A stretch of 64,000 bases of DNA from an uncultured archaeon (GCA_964458565.1 CAYWJO010000002.1:32001-96000), one strand, 5' to 3'. Counted from the first letter of the stretch, positions 18,836 to 29,888 are shown. Notes: generated by a model not told the origin, from the letters alone. Made by a program: numbers and translations.

Positions 18836-19148
18836 CTAGTTTCCACCTTCTATTCTATCATCAATATGTCAGCTGTAGTCAAGAATAATCCATGTATTAC
18901 GTTGGGAACATTCATGATGCATACGATTTCTGGCAATTGCTAAATTCAATGGGATTGTATCCAAACTTTCAGGAGCGATGACTCACTTTTTGTTGGGATA
19001 TATTTAGCACTCGAAATTAACAACTCAAATTGACGAGGTTGAGGCCTTTGAAGAGAGAGTAGCAGGTTGCTAATATGCAAGAAAAAGCATTTATGTTGAT
19101 ACAGATTCGAAATCTACTGTTTCATTATTGTAAGGTGGGAGAATAATA

Positions 19149-20396
19149 TTGATAAAATTGAAGAAGCGTCTTGTTCTGAGTCCTGTATTTGCCCTTGCGG
19201 TCCTGATATCCATGCTGTTTTTTTGTCCTGTTTCTTCGGTGAAAGTTGATACTTCAACTACATATATTGATAGACTTGATTACTGGCCAACAAATGGATG
19301 GTTCACCTCAACACCTGAAGCACAGAGTATGAATTCAACGCATCTCGAACAGATGAGGGACTTTGTACTTGATAGGGATTGGACCTTTGATTCAATTTTA
19401 GTGATTAGGAACGGCTACATGGTCTTTGAGTTTTATCCAAATCCCGAGTATAATGTGACAACAGTCCATGATTTAGGGTCTGCTGCCAAGAGTATTACTG
19501 GTGCCATTATAGGAGTAGCTCTTGAAAATGGGGATTTTACAAACCTGAATAATACAGTAGTAAGCTTATTCCCGGATAGAATCATTGCTAATCTTGATGT
19601 GGATAAAGAAACAATGACTGTGGAACATCTCCTAACTATGTCATCAGGACTAGATTGGATTGAAGACGGTGATGATTCCGATCTAGCAGCCCTGTTTGAG
19701 CCTATCGATTTTGTTCAATATATCTTGGACAAACCAATGGCACACCCACCCGGTACATATCATTTCTATAGTAGTGCTGATTCACATCTTTTATCCTCAA
19801 TAATTAATGAAACAACGGGCATGTCCGCACTTGAGTACGGCTTTCAAAATCTCTTTCACCCTCTTGGGATTACAGATGTTGAGTGGTGGACTGATTCACA
19901 AGGAGTTTCTATTGGTGCAGGATGGCTCAATATGACACCTCGGGATATGGCGAAGATTGGGTATCTATACCTTCACAATGGTTCTTGGGATGGACAACAA
20001 ATCATTCCATCATCATATATTGAGTCGTCTATAGAGCCACATTTTTGGGACCCCTCTCATAATCTTCACTATGGCTATCAGCTGTGGGTCGATTCCACCT
20101 TGGATGCATTTGAAGCAAGAGGTGCCTTTGCCCAAAGAATTTGGGTGCAACCCAAGAATGATTTAGTTGTAGTTTTCACCGGTCCTGGTTATAACAAATA
20201 CTTGAACTCATCTCGCACAATGACTGGTTCGCCTGAGATTTTAATTAACGGGTTTATTCTACCTGCTCTTCTCTCTGAAACAACAACTACTCCTACGCCA
20301 GAATCATTTCCGATAAGTCTAACAACAATTGGTCTTCTAGCAGGTGCAGCAGTTCTTGTTGTGATAGTCCTTGAGATTTTCAGACGCCGTAGATAA
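19149..20396 (+). CDS. Membrane-anchored serine hydrolase (beta-lactamase/AmpC family)
   Basis: Signal peptide, SAAK (SxxK), HLLTMSSG, YSS, TPRDMAKIG; Thr linker + TM + RRRR. Confidence 0.9.
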   Translation: MIKLKKRLVLSPVFALAVLISMLFFCPVSSVKVDTSTTYIDRLDYWPTNGWFTSTPEAQSMNSTHLEQMRDFVLDRDWTFDSILVIRNGYMVFEFYPNPEYNVTTVHDLGSAAKSITGAIIGVALENGDFTNLNNTVVSLFPDRIIANLDVDKETMTVEHLLTMSSGLDWIEDGDDSDLAALFEPIDFVQYILDKPMAHPPGTYHFYSSADSHLLSSIINETTGMSALEYGFQNLFHPLGITDVEWWTDSQGVSIGAGWLNMTPRDMAKIGYLYLHNGSWDGQQIIPSSYIESSIEPHFWDPSHNLHYGYQLWVDSTLDAFEARGAFAQRIWVQPKNDLVVVFTGPGYNKYLNSSRTMTGSPEILINGFILPALLSETTTTPTPESFPISLTTIGLLAGAAVLVVIVLEIFRRRR

Positions 20397-20640
20397 CCGG
20401 AAAATGGCTTCAAGAAATGGTTTGTAATTTGATTCTCATATTCTTTGGATCAGAATTAGATGAAACCCTAGACCTAGAATACGAAACTCTCATTATTTCC
20501 TAGTTTGTAGACCTAGGGTATGAATATTCCGTGGGTTGCTCTGTGAATATTGGACCCTGCATTATGAATACCAAATTTCGAAAATACCTAGTCCAAAGGG
20601 ATTATATCTGAAGTGAAAACTCTTGCTTTAGGCGATATCC

Positions 20641-22026
20641 ATGGAGGATTTAGCAGAAGCTGCAATTAATGCGGGACTTGATGCGGGTGCATCATTTGTA
20701 GATATCCGGATTGAGAACACCGTCACAACCATTCTCGAAATGACTGATGGTGTTACAAAGAGATCAATGGCATCACGTTTGAAAGGTGCAGGAATTCGTG
20801 CGTTTGTTGATGGTGCTTGGGCTTTTGCGCAAAACACTGACTTAACACTTGATGGTATGCGCGAAGTAGGGACATCGGTAGCAAAGCTTGCAATAGCGAC
20901 TCGAGAAAAGGTCTCCGAAAAGTTTGAGATTGAGGGACCTGTTTTCACGGCTAAGGAAAAGATGGTTGTGAAAAAACCATTCCAAGATGTGTCAATTGAT
21001 GACAAGATAAGTTTCGTCAAACAAATTGACAAACAAGCACGCGAATACGATGAGCGTGTAGTAAACACTCGGACTGTATACGGAGATCTTTGGACTGAGC
21101 TCTTTGTTGTTAATTCATTAGGTACGAGCATTTACCATGAGAATTATCTCCCCCGGATAATTTCAGTTGTGACTGCTAGAGAGGGCAACAATCGCCAGAG
21201 AGGATTTCTATCCATCGGGGCACAAGGTGGTTTCGAAGAGATGGAGAAAGAAAGACCTCAGAATCTTGGAACCGAAGCGTCAAAACTAGCTATAGATCTA
21301 CTATCATCAAAGGCAGCTGAAGGTGGAGTTTACGATGTTGTAATGGATCCCATCTTAAATGGTGTTATGGTGCATGAGGCTTTTGGTCATGCAGCTGAAG
21401 CTGATAACTGGCCAGCACACGCTACAGTTCTCGAGGACAAGGTAGGCGAATGTGTCGGTCCTGACAATCTGAATCTCAGCGATGATCCAACGATGCCTAG
21501 GGAACGTGGGTCGTTTAGCTATGATTGGGAAGGCACAAAGACAAGGAAGCGTCATTTGGTTAAGGGTGGAATTTTAACAGAACTCCTCCATAGTCTTGAA
21601 ACAGCATCTCGTCTTGATATGGAACCCAATGGTGCTGCAAGAGCCCAGAGTTTCATGTATCCACCTCTACCCAGAATGAGTAACACCTTCATGGAACCAG
21701 GTGATTGGGACAAAGACGAGCTCATCGTTGACACAAAGAATGGGATACTTCTGTGTGGTTTCAATTATGGTTACACAGAACCAGCAAAGGGGCAATTCAT
21801 GTTCCAAGCCAATTATGGGTACATGATTCAAAATGGGGAGATTGGGCAAATGGTTCGGGATGTTTCACTCGCAGGACAAATTCTTGAGGTTCTACCCAAA
21901 ATTGATGCAATTGCTAATGACTTTGAGCTCGATAGCGGAACGTGTGGTAAAGGTGGCCAAGGAGTACCTGACATGACCGGAGGTCCACACGCTCGAATTA
22001 TTCAAGTTCCTGTAGGAGGAATGTAG
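20641..22026 (+). CDS. tldD: TldD metalloprotease
   Basis: HEAFGH..E.D, PRMSNT, CGKGGQ. Confidence 0.93.
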   Translation: MEDLAEAAINAGLDAGASFVDIRIENTVTTILEMTDGVTKRSMASRLKGAGIRAFVDGAWAFAQNTDLTLDGMREVGTSVAKLAIATREKVSEKFEIEGPVFTAKEKMVVKKPFQDVSIDDKISFVKQIDKQAREYDERVVNTRTVYGDLWTELFVVNSLGTSIYHENYLPRIISVVTAREGNNRQRGFLSIGAQGGFEEMEKERPQNLGTEASKLAIDLLSSKAAEGGVYDVVMDPILNGVMVHEAFGHAAEADNWPAHATVLEDKVGECVGPDNLNLSDDPTMPRERGSFSYDWEGTKTRKRHLVKGGILTELLHSLETASRLDMEPNGAARAQSFMYPPLPRMSNTFMEPGDWDKDELIVDTKNGILLCGFNYGYTEPAKGQFMFQANYGYMIQNGEIGQMVRDVSLAGQILEVLPKIDAIANDFELDSGTCGKGGQGVPDMTGGPHARIIQVPVGGM

Positions 22027-23376
22027 ATGAAGGAACAAATACTAGACATTGCGGATAATGCGGTTAAATTAGCTACCAAATTTGGTGCTGATCAAGCAGA
22101 AGCATACACATCATTCACTAGATCTTTTTCAATAGAGGTTGAGAACAATGCAATAAAATCCGCAACTGAGAAACGAGATGGAGGATGCGGCATTCGTGCC
22201 GTTGTTGGGAAGAAGATTGGTTTTGCATATGTGACTACATTGGAAGAGAATGATATCAAGGAGGCAGTCGAACAAGCTGTAGCTCTAGCGAACGCATCTG
22301 TAGCCGATCCTGATTTTGTTTCTCTGCCTTCCTATGAAGGATCGTATCCATCGGTTGAGGGGCTCTTTGACAAAGATGTCAAGGATTTAACATCAGAAGA
22401 AGCTGCTGATATTGTTGTTCGAGGAGTAGATTCTACTCTTGAGAACATAAAGAACATCAAAGTTGCTACAGAAGCTTTATTGACCTCTAATTCTGGAGTT
22501 CGCGCTATAGCTAACTCACTAGGGATTTCCCAGGCATCTGAGAGCACTTTGATTTTCATGTATAGCGCTCCCGCAATAAAAACTGATGATGACCAAACAA
22601 CTAGCTATGAATTTCAGATTTCACGTAGACTAGATGAGATTGATCCTGAATACATCGGATATAAAGCAGCACAGAATGTCCTTGGAAATCTTGGCGGCAA
22701 GTCCATTGAAGGAGGGGAATTACCTGTTATTTTCGCGCCTCTTGCTGCAAGTGGCATAATTGGTTTTGGTTTTGGTGGTGCTGTCAATGCTGAAGAAGTG
22801 CAGTATGGCCGATCTTACATTTCAGATGCCTTCGGAGACCAGATTGCAGGTGAAGTTCTTGAAATTACAGACGAAGGACTACTGACTGCTGGAATCTCGT
22901 CACGTCCATTTGACGCAGAAGGCTATCCTTCTCAAAGAACCGAGATTATCGGCTCAGGTGTGCTCAAGAATCTATTACATAACTCCTATACTGCAAATAA
23001 GGACAAAGTTGACAATACCGGAAATGCAAGCCGTCCTGGTTATTCAGGTCTTCCTTCAATTTCACCAAGCAATTTCGTAGTTACTCCCGGAAACGGCTCT
23101 TTGGATGACTTGGTTGATGAGGTCGGTCGTGGAATCGTGTGTCTCAACACTGGAGATCGACCAAACATGACGACAGGTGACTTGAGCGCGATGGTTATGG
23201 AGGGACATTACTTCGAGAATGGAGAAATCAAACATCCTGTGAAAAGCACACTTATCGGAATCAATATGCGTGATGTTCTCAAGAGAGTCACTCTTGTTGG
23301 ATCTGATGTAAAAGCAACATTCTCAATTATTAGTCCATCAATTGCTATAGATTCTGCTAAAATCACTTCTGGATAA
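22027..23376 (+). CDS. pmbA: TldE/PmbA
   Basis: GADQAEAY, PFDAEG, TGNASR; lacks HExxxH; abuts tldD. Confidence 0.9.
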   Translation: MKEQILDIADNAVKLATKFGADQAEAYTSFTRSFSIEVENNAIKSATEKRDGGCGIRAVVGKKIGFAYVTTLEENDIKEAVEQAVALANASVADPDFVSLPSYEGSYPSVEGLFDKDVKDLTSEEAADIVVRGVDSTLENIKNIKVATEALLTSNSGVRAIANSLGISQASESTLIFMYSAPAIKTDDDQTTSYEFQISRRLDEIDPEYIGYKAAQNVLGNLGGKSIEGGELPVIFAPLAASGIIGFGFGGAVNAEEVQYGRSYISDAFGDQIAGEVLEITDEGLLTAGISSRPFDAEGYPSQRTEIIGSGVLKNLLHNSYTANKDKVDNTGNASRPGYSGLPSISPSNFVVTPGNGSLDDLVDEVGRGIVCLNTGDRPNMTTGDLSAMVMEGHYFENGEIKHPVKSTLIGINMRDVLKRVTLVGSDVKATFSIISPSIAIDSAKITSG

Positions 23377-23378
23377 GC

Positions 23379-25316
23379 TTACATTCGCTCAATTGCTGGA
23401 ATTCCTAGTAATTTGAGACAATTGCCTAGGGTCGTCTTGAAGCTCTCTACAAGTGCTAATCTAGCATTCATGAGTCCTTCCTCTGCCTTCAGTACTGGAT
23501 TCGAGTCATAGAACTTGCTATACAATGTTGATAGATTATAACAGTATGCGGCAATGTGATTCGATGCAAAGCTAGTTCCCCATGCATTCTTGGTGAGTCC
23601 TCTAACCACATCCAGAATCTCGTCAGGAAATCTTGACATTGCTTTTAATAGTTCAAATTCGGTGTCTGTAGTGAGAAGTTTCGAATCGGATTCATTTACG
23701 TCGATATGCGCTTTTTCTAGAATCCGTGAAGCTCTTGCATAGGCATATTGAAGATACGGCGCAGCATCGCCGTTGAAATCCAGGGCTTCTTCCCATCTAA
23801 ATGTGATTTTTCTATCGGGGGATGCTTTGAGAAGCATATATCTGACTGCACCCATGCCTACTTGTTCTGCAACTATTTCCTTGAATTCTTCACTCTCTTC
23901 CGGATTCCTTTTCGCTACCTCTTCTTTTGCTAGTTTCTTCGCTTTGTCTAAAACCTCATCACACGAATACTCAATCCATGTGCCTTTTCTGCCAGAGAAA
24001 TCTGCATCATCAAGTCCTACAAACTCATAGGCTATATGATGTGAATTCATACTCTCTTTCTGATGTCCTAACAATTCCAAGATGGTGTAGATTAATTTTT
24101 GAGGATGTGCTTGTCGTGATGCTATGACATTGAATACGACATCCATTTTTCCTAAATCCATGTCATCTCCATGAAGTGTTGACCTATAGATGTCCTTGCC
24201 ATTGGGTTGAGTTTCAAACAGCTCATACTTGAAAGGATCATCAATTAATCCAAATTTCCACATTTGGAAAGCTACATCTGCTCCTGTGTAAGTTCGTGTA
24301 CCATCCGACCTGAAGAGAACTTTGTTAGGTTCTTTCATATCTTTGAATTCTTCAAGTGTATCGAGTTTAGCTACAATGCACCCTGCTTTTTCACCTTCTT
24401 CCACTCTAATGATGTTTTCAGCTTGAAGCATTCTCTCTTTGGCAATCCCAAGTAATCCACTATGCGCAATGACACTTTCCCAAATATGATAGTCATGATA
24501 AATTCCTAATCGGTACGCTGTTTGATTTTGAGCCTTAACACATTGAGATACCATCTCGCTGCTGAATTTGGCTTCGTCCGAATTCAGGTCTTCTAATCTC
24601 CTTGTGACTTCTCTGATTTCAGCTTCAACAATCTTGTCCTTCTCAAATGCATCTTGAACTCCAACATACTCATGACCTAGATAATGGTCGTATTTTATCT
24701 CTCCTTTCTCATCTGCCCTTTTCATCAATTTCCATGCAAGCTGAGCAATTTGAAGTCCAAGATCATTGATGTAATCGATTCTTGTTACATCATAGCCTAC
24801 ACATTCTAAAATGGTTGATAGGGTGTCACCAATTACTGCATTTCTTGTATGCCCGATATGCCATGGTTTCGAGGGATTTACAGCTGGATATTCAATCATG
24901 GCTTTCTTCCCATGATAGTTGTTTGTTTTTCCATAATCTACTCCAAGTTCTGTAATGGTATTGATGACAAGCTCAGCGAATGCTGATCTGTCAAGAAAGA
25001 TATTCACATAAGGTCCCTTATTATCAACTCTATCGAGTATTGATTCATTCTCGATAACAGATTGCAGTTTCTCAACCAATTCGGAAGCAATGATGGTGGG
25101 ATTTTTCTTCAGAATTTTAGCCTGATGAAACGCCACAGTAGTAGCAAGGTCTCCAAGTGCTGAATCCGGAGGAACCTCAACAAGGCCCTCAATAGTCTCA
25201 CTATCAATTGCTGTAGTGTCTGATAAAATACTGATTATCCTCTCATATACGAATTTCCAAGGATTCGTGATGATGGGCTTGTCTTTCAATGCTACATTCC
25301 TCTGTAATACATGCAT
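23379..25316 (-). CDS. argS: Arginyl-tRNA synthetase
   Basis: NPSKPWHIGHTRN, YINDLGLQ, RSDGT, FSGRKG, PYLQYAYAR, terminal ERM. Confidence 0.95.
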   Translation of the reverse strand: MHVLQRNVALKDKPIITNPWKFVYERIISILSDTTAIDSETIEGLVEVPPDSALGDLATTVAFHQAKILKKNPTIIASELVEKLQSVIENESILDRVDNKGPYVNIFLDRSAFAELVINTITELGVDYGKTNNYHGKKAMIEYPAVNPSKPWHIGHTRNAVIGDTLSTILECVGYDVTRIDYINDLGLQIAQLAWKLMKRADEKGEIKYDHYLGHEYVGVQDAFEKDKIVEAEIREVTRRLEDLNSDEAKFSSEMVSQCVKAQNQTAYRLGIYHDYHIWESVIAHSGLLGIAKERMLQAENIIRVEEGEKAGCIVAKLDTLEEFKDMKEPNKVLFRSDGTRTYTGADVAFQMWKFGLIDDPFKYELFETQPNGKDIYRSTLHGDDMDLGKMDVVFNVIASRQAHPQKLIYTILELLGHQKESMNSHHIAYEFVGLDDADFSGRKGTWIEYSCDEVLDKAKKLAKEEVAKRNPEESEEFKEIVAEQVGMGAVRYMLLKASPDRKITFRWEEALDFNGDAAPYLQYAYARASRILEKAHIDVNESDSKLLTTDTEFELLKAMSRFPDEILDVVRGLTKNAWGTSFASNHIAAYCYNLSTLYSKFYDSNPVLKAEEGLMNARLALVESFKTTLGNCLKLLGIPAIERM

Positions 25317-25664
25317 ACCTCATAGCGACTGTTCATAAATCCCTCGCTGTGTGGTTATAGACGGTGATGTTTCACCTCTTATTCTATTAGAAAATATATT
25401 TTATATGGAAAAAACATGTTATCTAACAAAAGAATATCAAAAGAAATATTTCTTCAATTAATAATCGAATTAATTGCAATTCTGTGCAAACCCTTATTTA
25501 TGTTTATTGTCTGCGCAATAGAGAAGCCCGACCAATATGGCAAGGTTTCGTCTCTTGCGCCCCAAGACCCCCCGTTCTCTCTTCACGCCGAAAGAGAGAG
25601 TCAGCAAAGGTACTAAGATAGCTCGAACCGCTTTCACGACTGACGGGTTCGTGATTGCAGGGAG

Positions 25665-26630
25665 ATGATTGGACTGGCCACTAAACAAACGAAAGCAAAG
25701 AACTCGAGGGAGCGTAACCTTAGTGAGGCCAGTTATCTCTGCTCCGCCTGTAGTTCTACCGAAGTATATATTGACTACACCCGTGGTGAAGTCATCTGCT
25801 CTAATTGCGGACTTGTTCTTTCTGACAGATCTATTGATATGGGCCCCGAGTGGCGTGCTTTTACTGCTGATGAGCAGAATTCACGTCAGCGTGTAGGAGG
25901 TCCAGTTGATTGGAGTAAATTCGATCAAGGCTTGACGACCATTATTGGTCGTCAGAATGTCGATGCATCTGGAAGAAAACTAACTTCCACGCGTAGGGCA
26001 CAGATACACAGGCTACGAAAATGGCAGATACGCACTAAGGTCCACTCTTCCGACAAAAGAAATCTCGCTGTAGCTATGACTGAACTCCATCGGATTAGTT
26101 CTCAAATGAGTATCCCCTACTCAATTCGAGAAACCTCTGCTGTCATCTATAGGAAAGCATTACGCAAACGACTCACTCGTGGTCGCACAATTCTTGGTAT
26201 GATTGCGGCATCACTCTATCTAGCGTGTAGAGTACATCAGGTTCCGCGGCCATTGGAAGAAATTGTCGATCAGATACATATCACGCGGAAGGAACTGAGT
26301 CTATGCGTACGTCTTATTCTGAGATATCTCCAGTTGAAGATACCACACTCATCACCAAAGGACTTTGTCCACAGATTTGGTACTGAATTGGGTCTAACTG
26401 GCGAAGCAAAGAAGAAGGCGATTGACATCCTAGAGTTGGCACGTGAAGCTCGGCTCACGATAGGTAAAGATCCGAAAGGTATGGCTGCTGCGGCAATATA
26501 CGTAGCAAGTATTCTCACAGGCTGTCGTAAGACACAGTTAGAGATTGCTCGAACTGCTAGGGTCACTGAAGTGACTGTGCGAAATCGCTACAAAGAGATG
26601 GTAGACCGCTTAGGCATTTCTACCACCTAA
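25665..26630 (+). CDS. tfb: Transcription initiation factor IIB
   Basis: Zn ribbon CSAC..CSNCG, GPEWRAF B-reader, RLRKWQ, GKDPKG, VTEVTVRNRYKE. Confidence 0.96.
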   Translation: MIGLATKQTKAKNSRERNLSEASYLCSACSSTEVYIDYTRGEVICSNCGLVLSDRSIDMGPEWRAFTADEQNSRQRVGGPVDWSKFDQGLTTIIGRQNVDASGRKLTSTRRAQIHRLRKWQIRTKVHSSDKRNLAVAMTELHRISSQMSIPYSIRETSAVIYRKALRKRLTRGRTILGMIAASLYLACRVHQVPRPLEEIVDQIHITRKELSLCVRLILRYLQLKIPHSSPKDFVHRFGTELGLTGEAKKKAIDILELAREARLTIGKDPKGMAAAAIYVASILTGCRKTQLEIARTARVTEVTVRNRYKEMVDRLGISTT

Positions 26631-26637
26631 CACAACA

Positions 26638-26692
26638 TGCAGTGGGAGTTACTGCAAACACCAGATGGACAGGGAAAACCCCTTCCTTGTCC
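26638..26692 (+). terminator. Tandem hairpins after tfb
   Basis: TGCAGT/ACTGCA (26638-26656) and GGACAGGGAA/TTCCTTGTCC (26667-26692). Confidence 0.5.
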
Positions 26693-26846
26693 CTTCACTT
26701 ATATTTGAGTAGTTTGTTTTTACTCTCCGAATGTTTTTCTACAGGGACTGCCAATCAAACAATCCACCAATTTTGACTAATCTTTGCATAAAATAGATAA
26801 GAAAGTTAATGATTCATTATATCAAAACATTAAGCGTGGATGTGAA

Positions 26847-27233
26847 ATGTCAGGGGAATTATCGAAGATATCGAAGTACATCTTTCTTCTCCACTTCATA
26901 GTGGCGTTGATTTTTGGACTCATCTGGTTTGTCGTACCAGAATATTGGAATACACTAACCGGTTGGCCTGAAGAGATAGCCTCAGGACGGATAGTTGGAA
27001 TGGCAACAATAATGGTTGCTATTGGTTGTCTTCTTGGATACAGAGCCACCACATGGAAACAGGTTGAGATTCTTGTTGTAATGGAACTGGTCTACAACAT
27101 TCTCGGAGCTATTGGAATGATCTGGAATGCTATAGCAATACCCACACTCCCGGTAGTTGTTTGGCTTCTAATAGGGCTCCTCGGTTTGTTCGCTGTTCTG
27201 TTTCTCTATGTATTCTTTACTGAGAAAAGATAA
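26847..27233 (+). CDS. 4-TM membrane protein
   Basis: Four hydrophobic helices; start moved to ATG 26847. Confidence 0.75.
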   Translation: MSGELSKISKYIFLLHFIVALIFGLIWFVVPEYWNTLTGWPEEIASGRIVGMATIMVAIGCLLGYRATTWKQVEILVVMELVYNILGAIGMIWNAIAIPTLPVVVWLLIGLLGLFAVLFLYVFFTEKR

Positions 27234-27560
27234 CTAGTCACGAATCTATTGGTCTAGACCCATCCTGGTTTCGCTGAGCAATCACCATTGAGATTGATCC
27301 CTTCGGATCTGGTTGAAGTGGTTAGAAGTATAAGATGATATTAGGCATCACCATCGATATTTGTACTGCTTCAAATTCTCACAATCCTAATAAGACCGCT
27401 AACACACACATATTTCGACAACATCTGACTGTTACGTTTCCTAGGTATTGACTCTAAAATCGAATTCGATTTGCATTAGACAAAAACAGCGCGTGGATCT
27501 AATACTGTCTAGGGGAAACCATCATGGATACCGAGATATTCTATAAATAGAGGAGGATGA

Positions 27561-28700
27561 ATGAGAATGGTGCATTCAGAAATTGATCGCACAAATATTA
27601 TCGATAATGATCGCATTGCAGTTCTAGGTGCAGGGAATACAGGGCTGGGACTTGCTGGTTACTTATCCCTTGAAGGGTTCAATGTATCTCTTTACAATCG
27701 CACGTTTTCAAAAATCAGGGATATAGACAAAGCAGGCGGATTTGAAGTCAAGGGATTATTTGAGGGATTTGCACGTCTTCATAGCGTAACCGATGACCCT
27801 CGTATAGCAATAGCAAAGCGGGGTGTAATTATTATCGCCACCTCCGCTACAGGACATGCTTCTATTGCAGAATCCATTGTTGATAAGCTGTCACCAGGTC
27901 AACTGATTCTATTAATGCCCGGAAGAACTGGTGGTGCACTTGAGTTTTACAATGTTCTCAAGAAGAAAGGTCGAGAAAATGAAATACTTATTGGGGAGGC
28001 GCAATCGAACCTCTTCATCTCTACCTCTGAAAATAGTACCTCTGTACAGATCTCTGGAGAGAAGGAATTTGTTAAAGTCAGCGCAATGCCAGCGATTACA
28101 AATAGGGACTATATTGAGCGTCTGGAACAGTTTCCTCTAAGGCTTAAACCAACAGCTGATGTAATGGAGACTAGTATGAATAATTTTGGAGCATTACTTC
28201 GCCCCGTACCCGTGCTCTTTTCTGCTGGAATTATCGAATCAAAGGGTGGTGGATTCAACCACTTCTATGATGGTATCTCTGAATCTGTCGGGCAATATAT
28301 TGAAAAGATGGATCAAGAGCGATTACGAGTCGCTAATTATTACACAGATTCACCCATTGATATCATCTCTTGGATGAAGGAATCTTATAACGTTGAAGGG
28401 AACAATCTGTGTGAATGCGTTCGAAATACTGCTGCTTACAAAGATAGCATGGCGCCAACGTCCTTGAATCATATTTACCTCAAAGAAGGGCTCTCAGCTG
28501 GTTTGGTACCTATGTCGCATTTAGGGCAATTAGCTGGTGTCATGACACCAATAATTGATAGCACGATTCAGATTGCTTCCAATCTTACTCAGCAACAATA
28601 TCTTGATACGGGACGGACTGTTAAGAAAATGGGTCTTGAAGGCATGGACATCCAACAGGTCAAAGATTATGTCAAACTTGGTGTTCATAGATCCAGCTAA
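27561..28700 (+). CDS. Opine (octopine/nopaline) dehydrogenase family protein, catalytic residues divergent
   Basis: GAGNTG Rossmann motif, PGRTGGALEF, MDQERL, GLVP..LG..GV.TP; see findings. Confidence 0.85.
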   Translation: MRMVHSEIDRTNIIDNDRIAVLGAGNTGLGLAGYLSLEGFNVSLYNRTFSKIRDIDKAGGFEVKGLFEGFARLHSVTDDPRIAIAKRGVIIIATSATGHASIAESIVDKLSPGQLILLMPGRTGGALEFYNVLKKKGRENEILIGEAQSNLFISTSENSTSVQISGEKEFVKVSAMPAITNRDYIERLEQFPLRLKPTADVMETSMNNFGALLRPVPVLFSAGIIESKGGGFNHFYDGISESVGQYIEKMDQERLRVANYYTDSPIDIISWMKESYNVEGNNLCECVRNTAAYKDSMAPTSLNHIYLKEGLSAGLVPMSHLGQLAGVMTPIIDSTIQIASNLTQQQYLDTGRTVKKMGLEGMDIQQVKDYVKLGVHRSS

Positions 28701-28709
28701 TGATGATTA

Positions 28710-29888
28710 TTAGGATACTGTATCCAGTGCAGTTCTAATGTCTCTAAGAAGGTCAATTGGATTCTCTATACCAACAGATAGTCGTACAGTCGATTCAGAA
28801 ATCTGCATTTCCTGTAGTATTGATGCTTCAATCCCATAATGAGTTGTCAATGCTGGAATACTTGCTAGACTCTCGACACCACCTAGAGATACGGCATTGA
28901 GGAATAACTCCAAAGAATCTACAAAGGTTTCAGTCTGTTTCAGTGTGCCATTAATATCAATGGTCAGCATTCCACCAAACCCATTCATTTGTGATCGAGC
29001 AATGTGATAACTTGGATGATTTGTGAGTCCTGGATAGTGAATTCTTGAGATTCGAGTATCCTTGGATAGTTCAGTAGCGAGAAACATCGCGTTTTTATTA
29101 TGTTTTTCAACACGGACTCCCAATGTTTTAAGTCCTCTATCTAGTAGGAATGAAGCAAAGGGGTCTATGGTAGCACCTAATAGCTTTGCAGCCTTGATTA
29201 TATTGTCAATGTAGGGGCTATCTCCTGACACAGTCCCAGCAATAATATCACTGTGCCCTCCAAGATATTTGGTAGCACTGTGAATTATGATATCAACACC
29301 TAATTCATGCGGTCTTTGATTGATGGGTGTTGCAAAAGTATTATCGATGACGCTGATCATCCCATTTGCCCTTGCAGCATCCGCGGCTTTTCTGATGTCG
29401 ATAATACGAAGTGATGGATTTGTTGGAGTTTCAAAATAACAAATCTTTACCCCTCCTTTTGAATCCTCCACCTCATCAACAAAATCATTCAAATCAACAA
29501 ATTCTACGTTGATGCCTTGTTGAGGAAGGACATCTTCAAATAGATGCAATGTACCACCATAAATGGAATCTGAGGTAATCAGAGTATCTCCTTTCTTCAA
29601 GAGACCCGTGATAACTGCTGAAATTGCTCCCATACCTGAAGCGAATGCAAATGACTTCTCAGTACATTCAAGCGCACTAATTTTCTGTTCCACCGCCCGA
29701 GTTGTTGGATTACTCCATCTAGTGTAAACATCCTTGGTTGATTTTCCTTGTACAGATGCAAGCATTTCTTGCTGGTCCTCAAAAACAAATGTCGAAGACT
29801 GATATATTGGTTTTACAGCTGGACCCGATTCCTGTTTTTCATTACCATGTACACATATCGTTGTAGGTGCGCGTTTCAATGGTGTCAT
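28710..29888 (-). CDS. Cys/Met metabolism PLP enzyme (cystathionine gamma-synthase / methionine gamma-lyase family)
   Basis: YTRWSNPT, SGMGAI, ETPTNP, DNTF, HSATKYLGGHSD, SLGGVESL. Confidence 0.93.
   Translation of the reverse strand: MTPLKRAPTTICVHGNEKQESGPAVKPIYQSSTFVFEDQQEMLASVQGKSTKDVYTRWSNPTTRAVEQKISALECTEKSFAFASGMGAISAVITGLLKKGDTLITSDSIYGGTLHLFEDVLPQQGINVEFVDLNDFVDEVEDSKGGVKICYFETPTNPSLRIIDIRKAADAARANGMISVIDNTFATPINQRPHELGVDIIIHSATKYLGGHSDIIAGTVSGDSPYIDNIIKAAKLLGATIDPFASFLLDRGLKTLGVRVEKHNKNAMFLATELSKDTRISRIHYPGLTNHPSYHIARSQMNGFGGMLTIDINGTLKQTETFVDSLELFLNAVSLGGVESLASIPALTTHYGIEASILQEMQISESTVRLSVGIENPIDLLRDIRTALDTVS

Noticed and set aside
18892-18981. 29-aa ORF MYYVGNIHDAY... in the gap after the ESCRT locus
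   Set aside because: No RBS or motif; consistent with chance.
20460-20595. Cluster of CCTAG and TGAATA words with ACCCTAG/CTAGGGT pairing
   Set aside because: Short and irregularly spaced; no coherent repeat unit.
25361-25378. GGTGATGTTTCACC resembling the start of a fluoride riboswitch
   Set aside because: Downstream conserved elements are absent and no fluoride-related gene follows.
25380-25490. AT-rich tract with short palindromes as a possible replication origin
   Set aside because: No ORB-like repeats or adjacent cdc6; better explained as the argS/tfb divergent promoter region.
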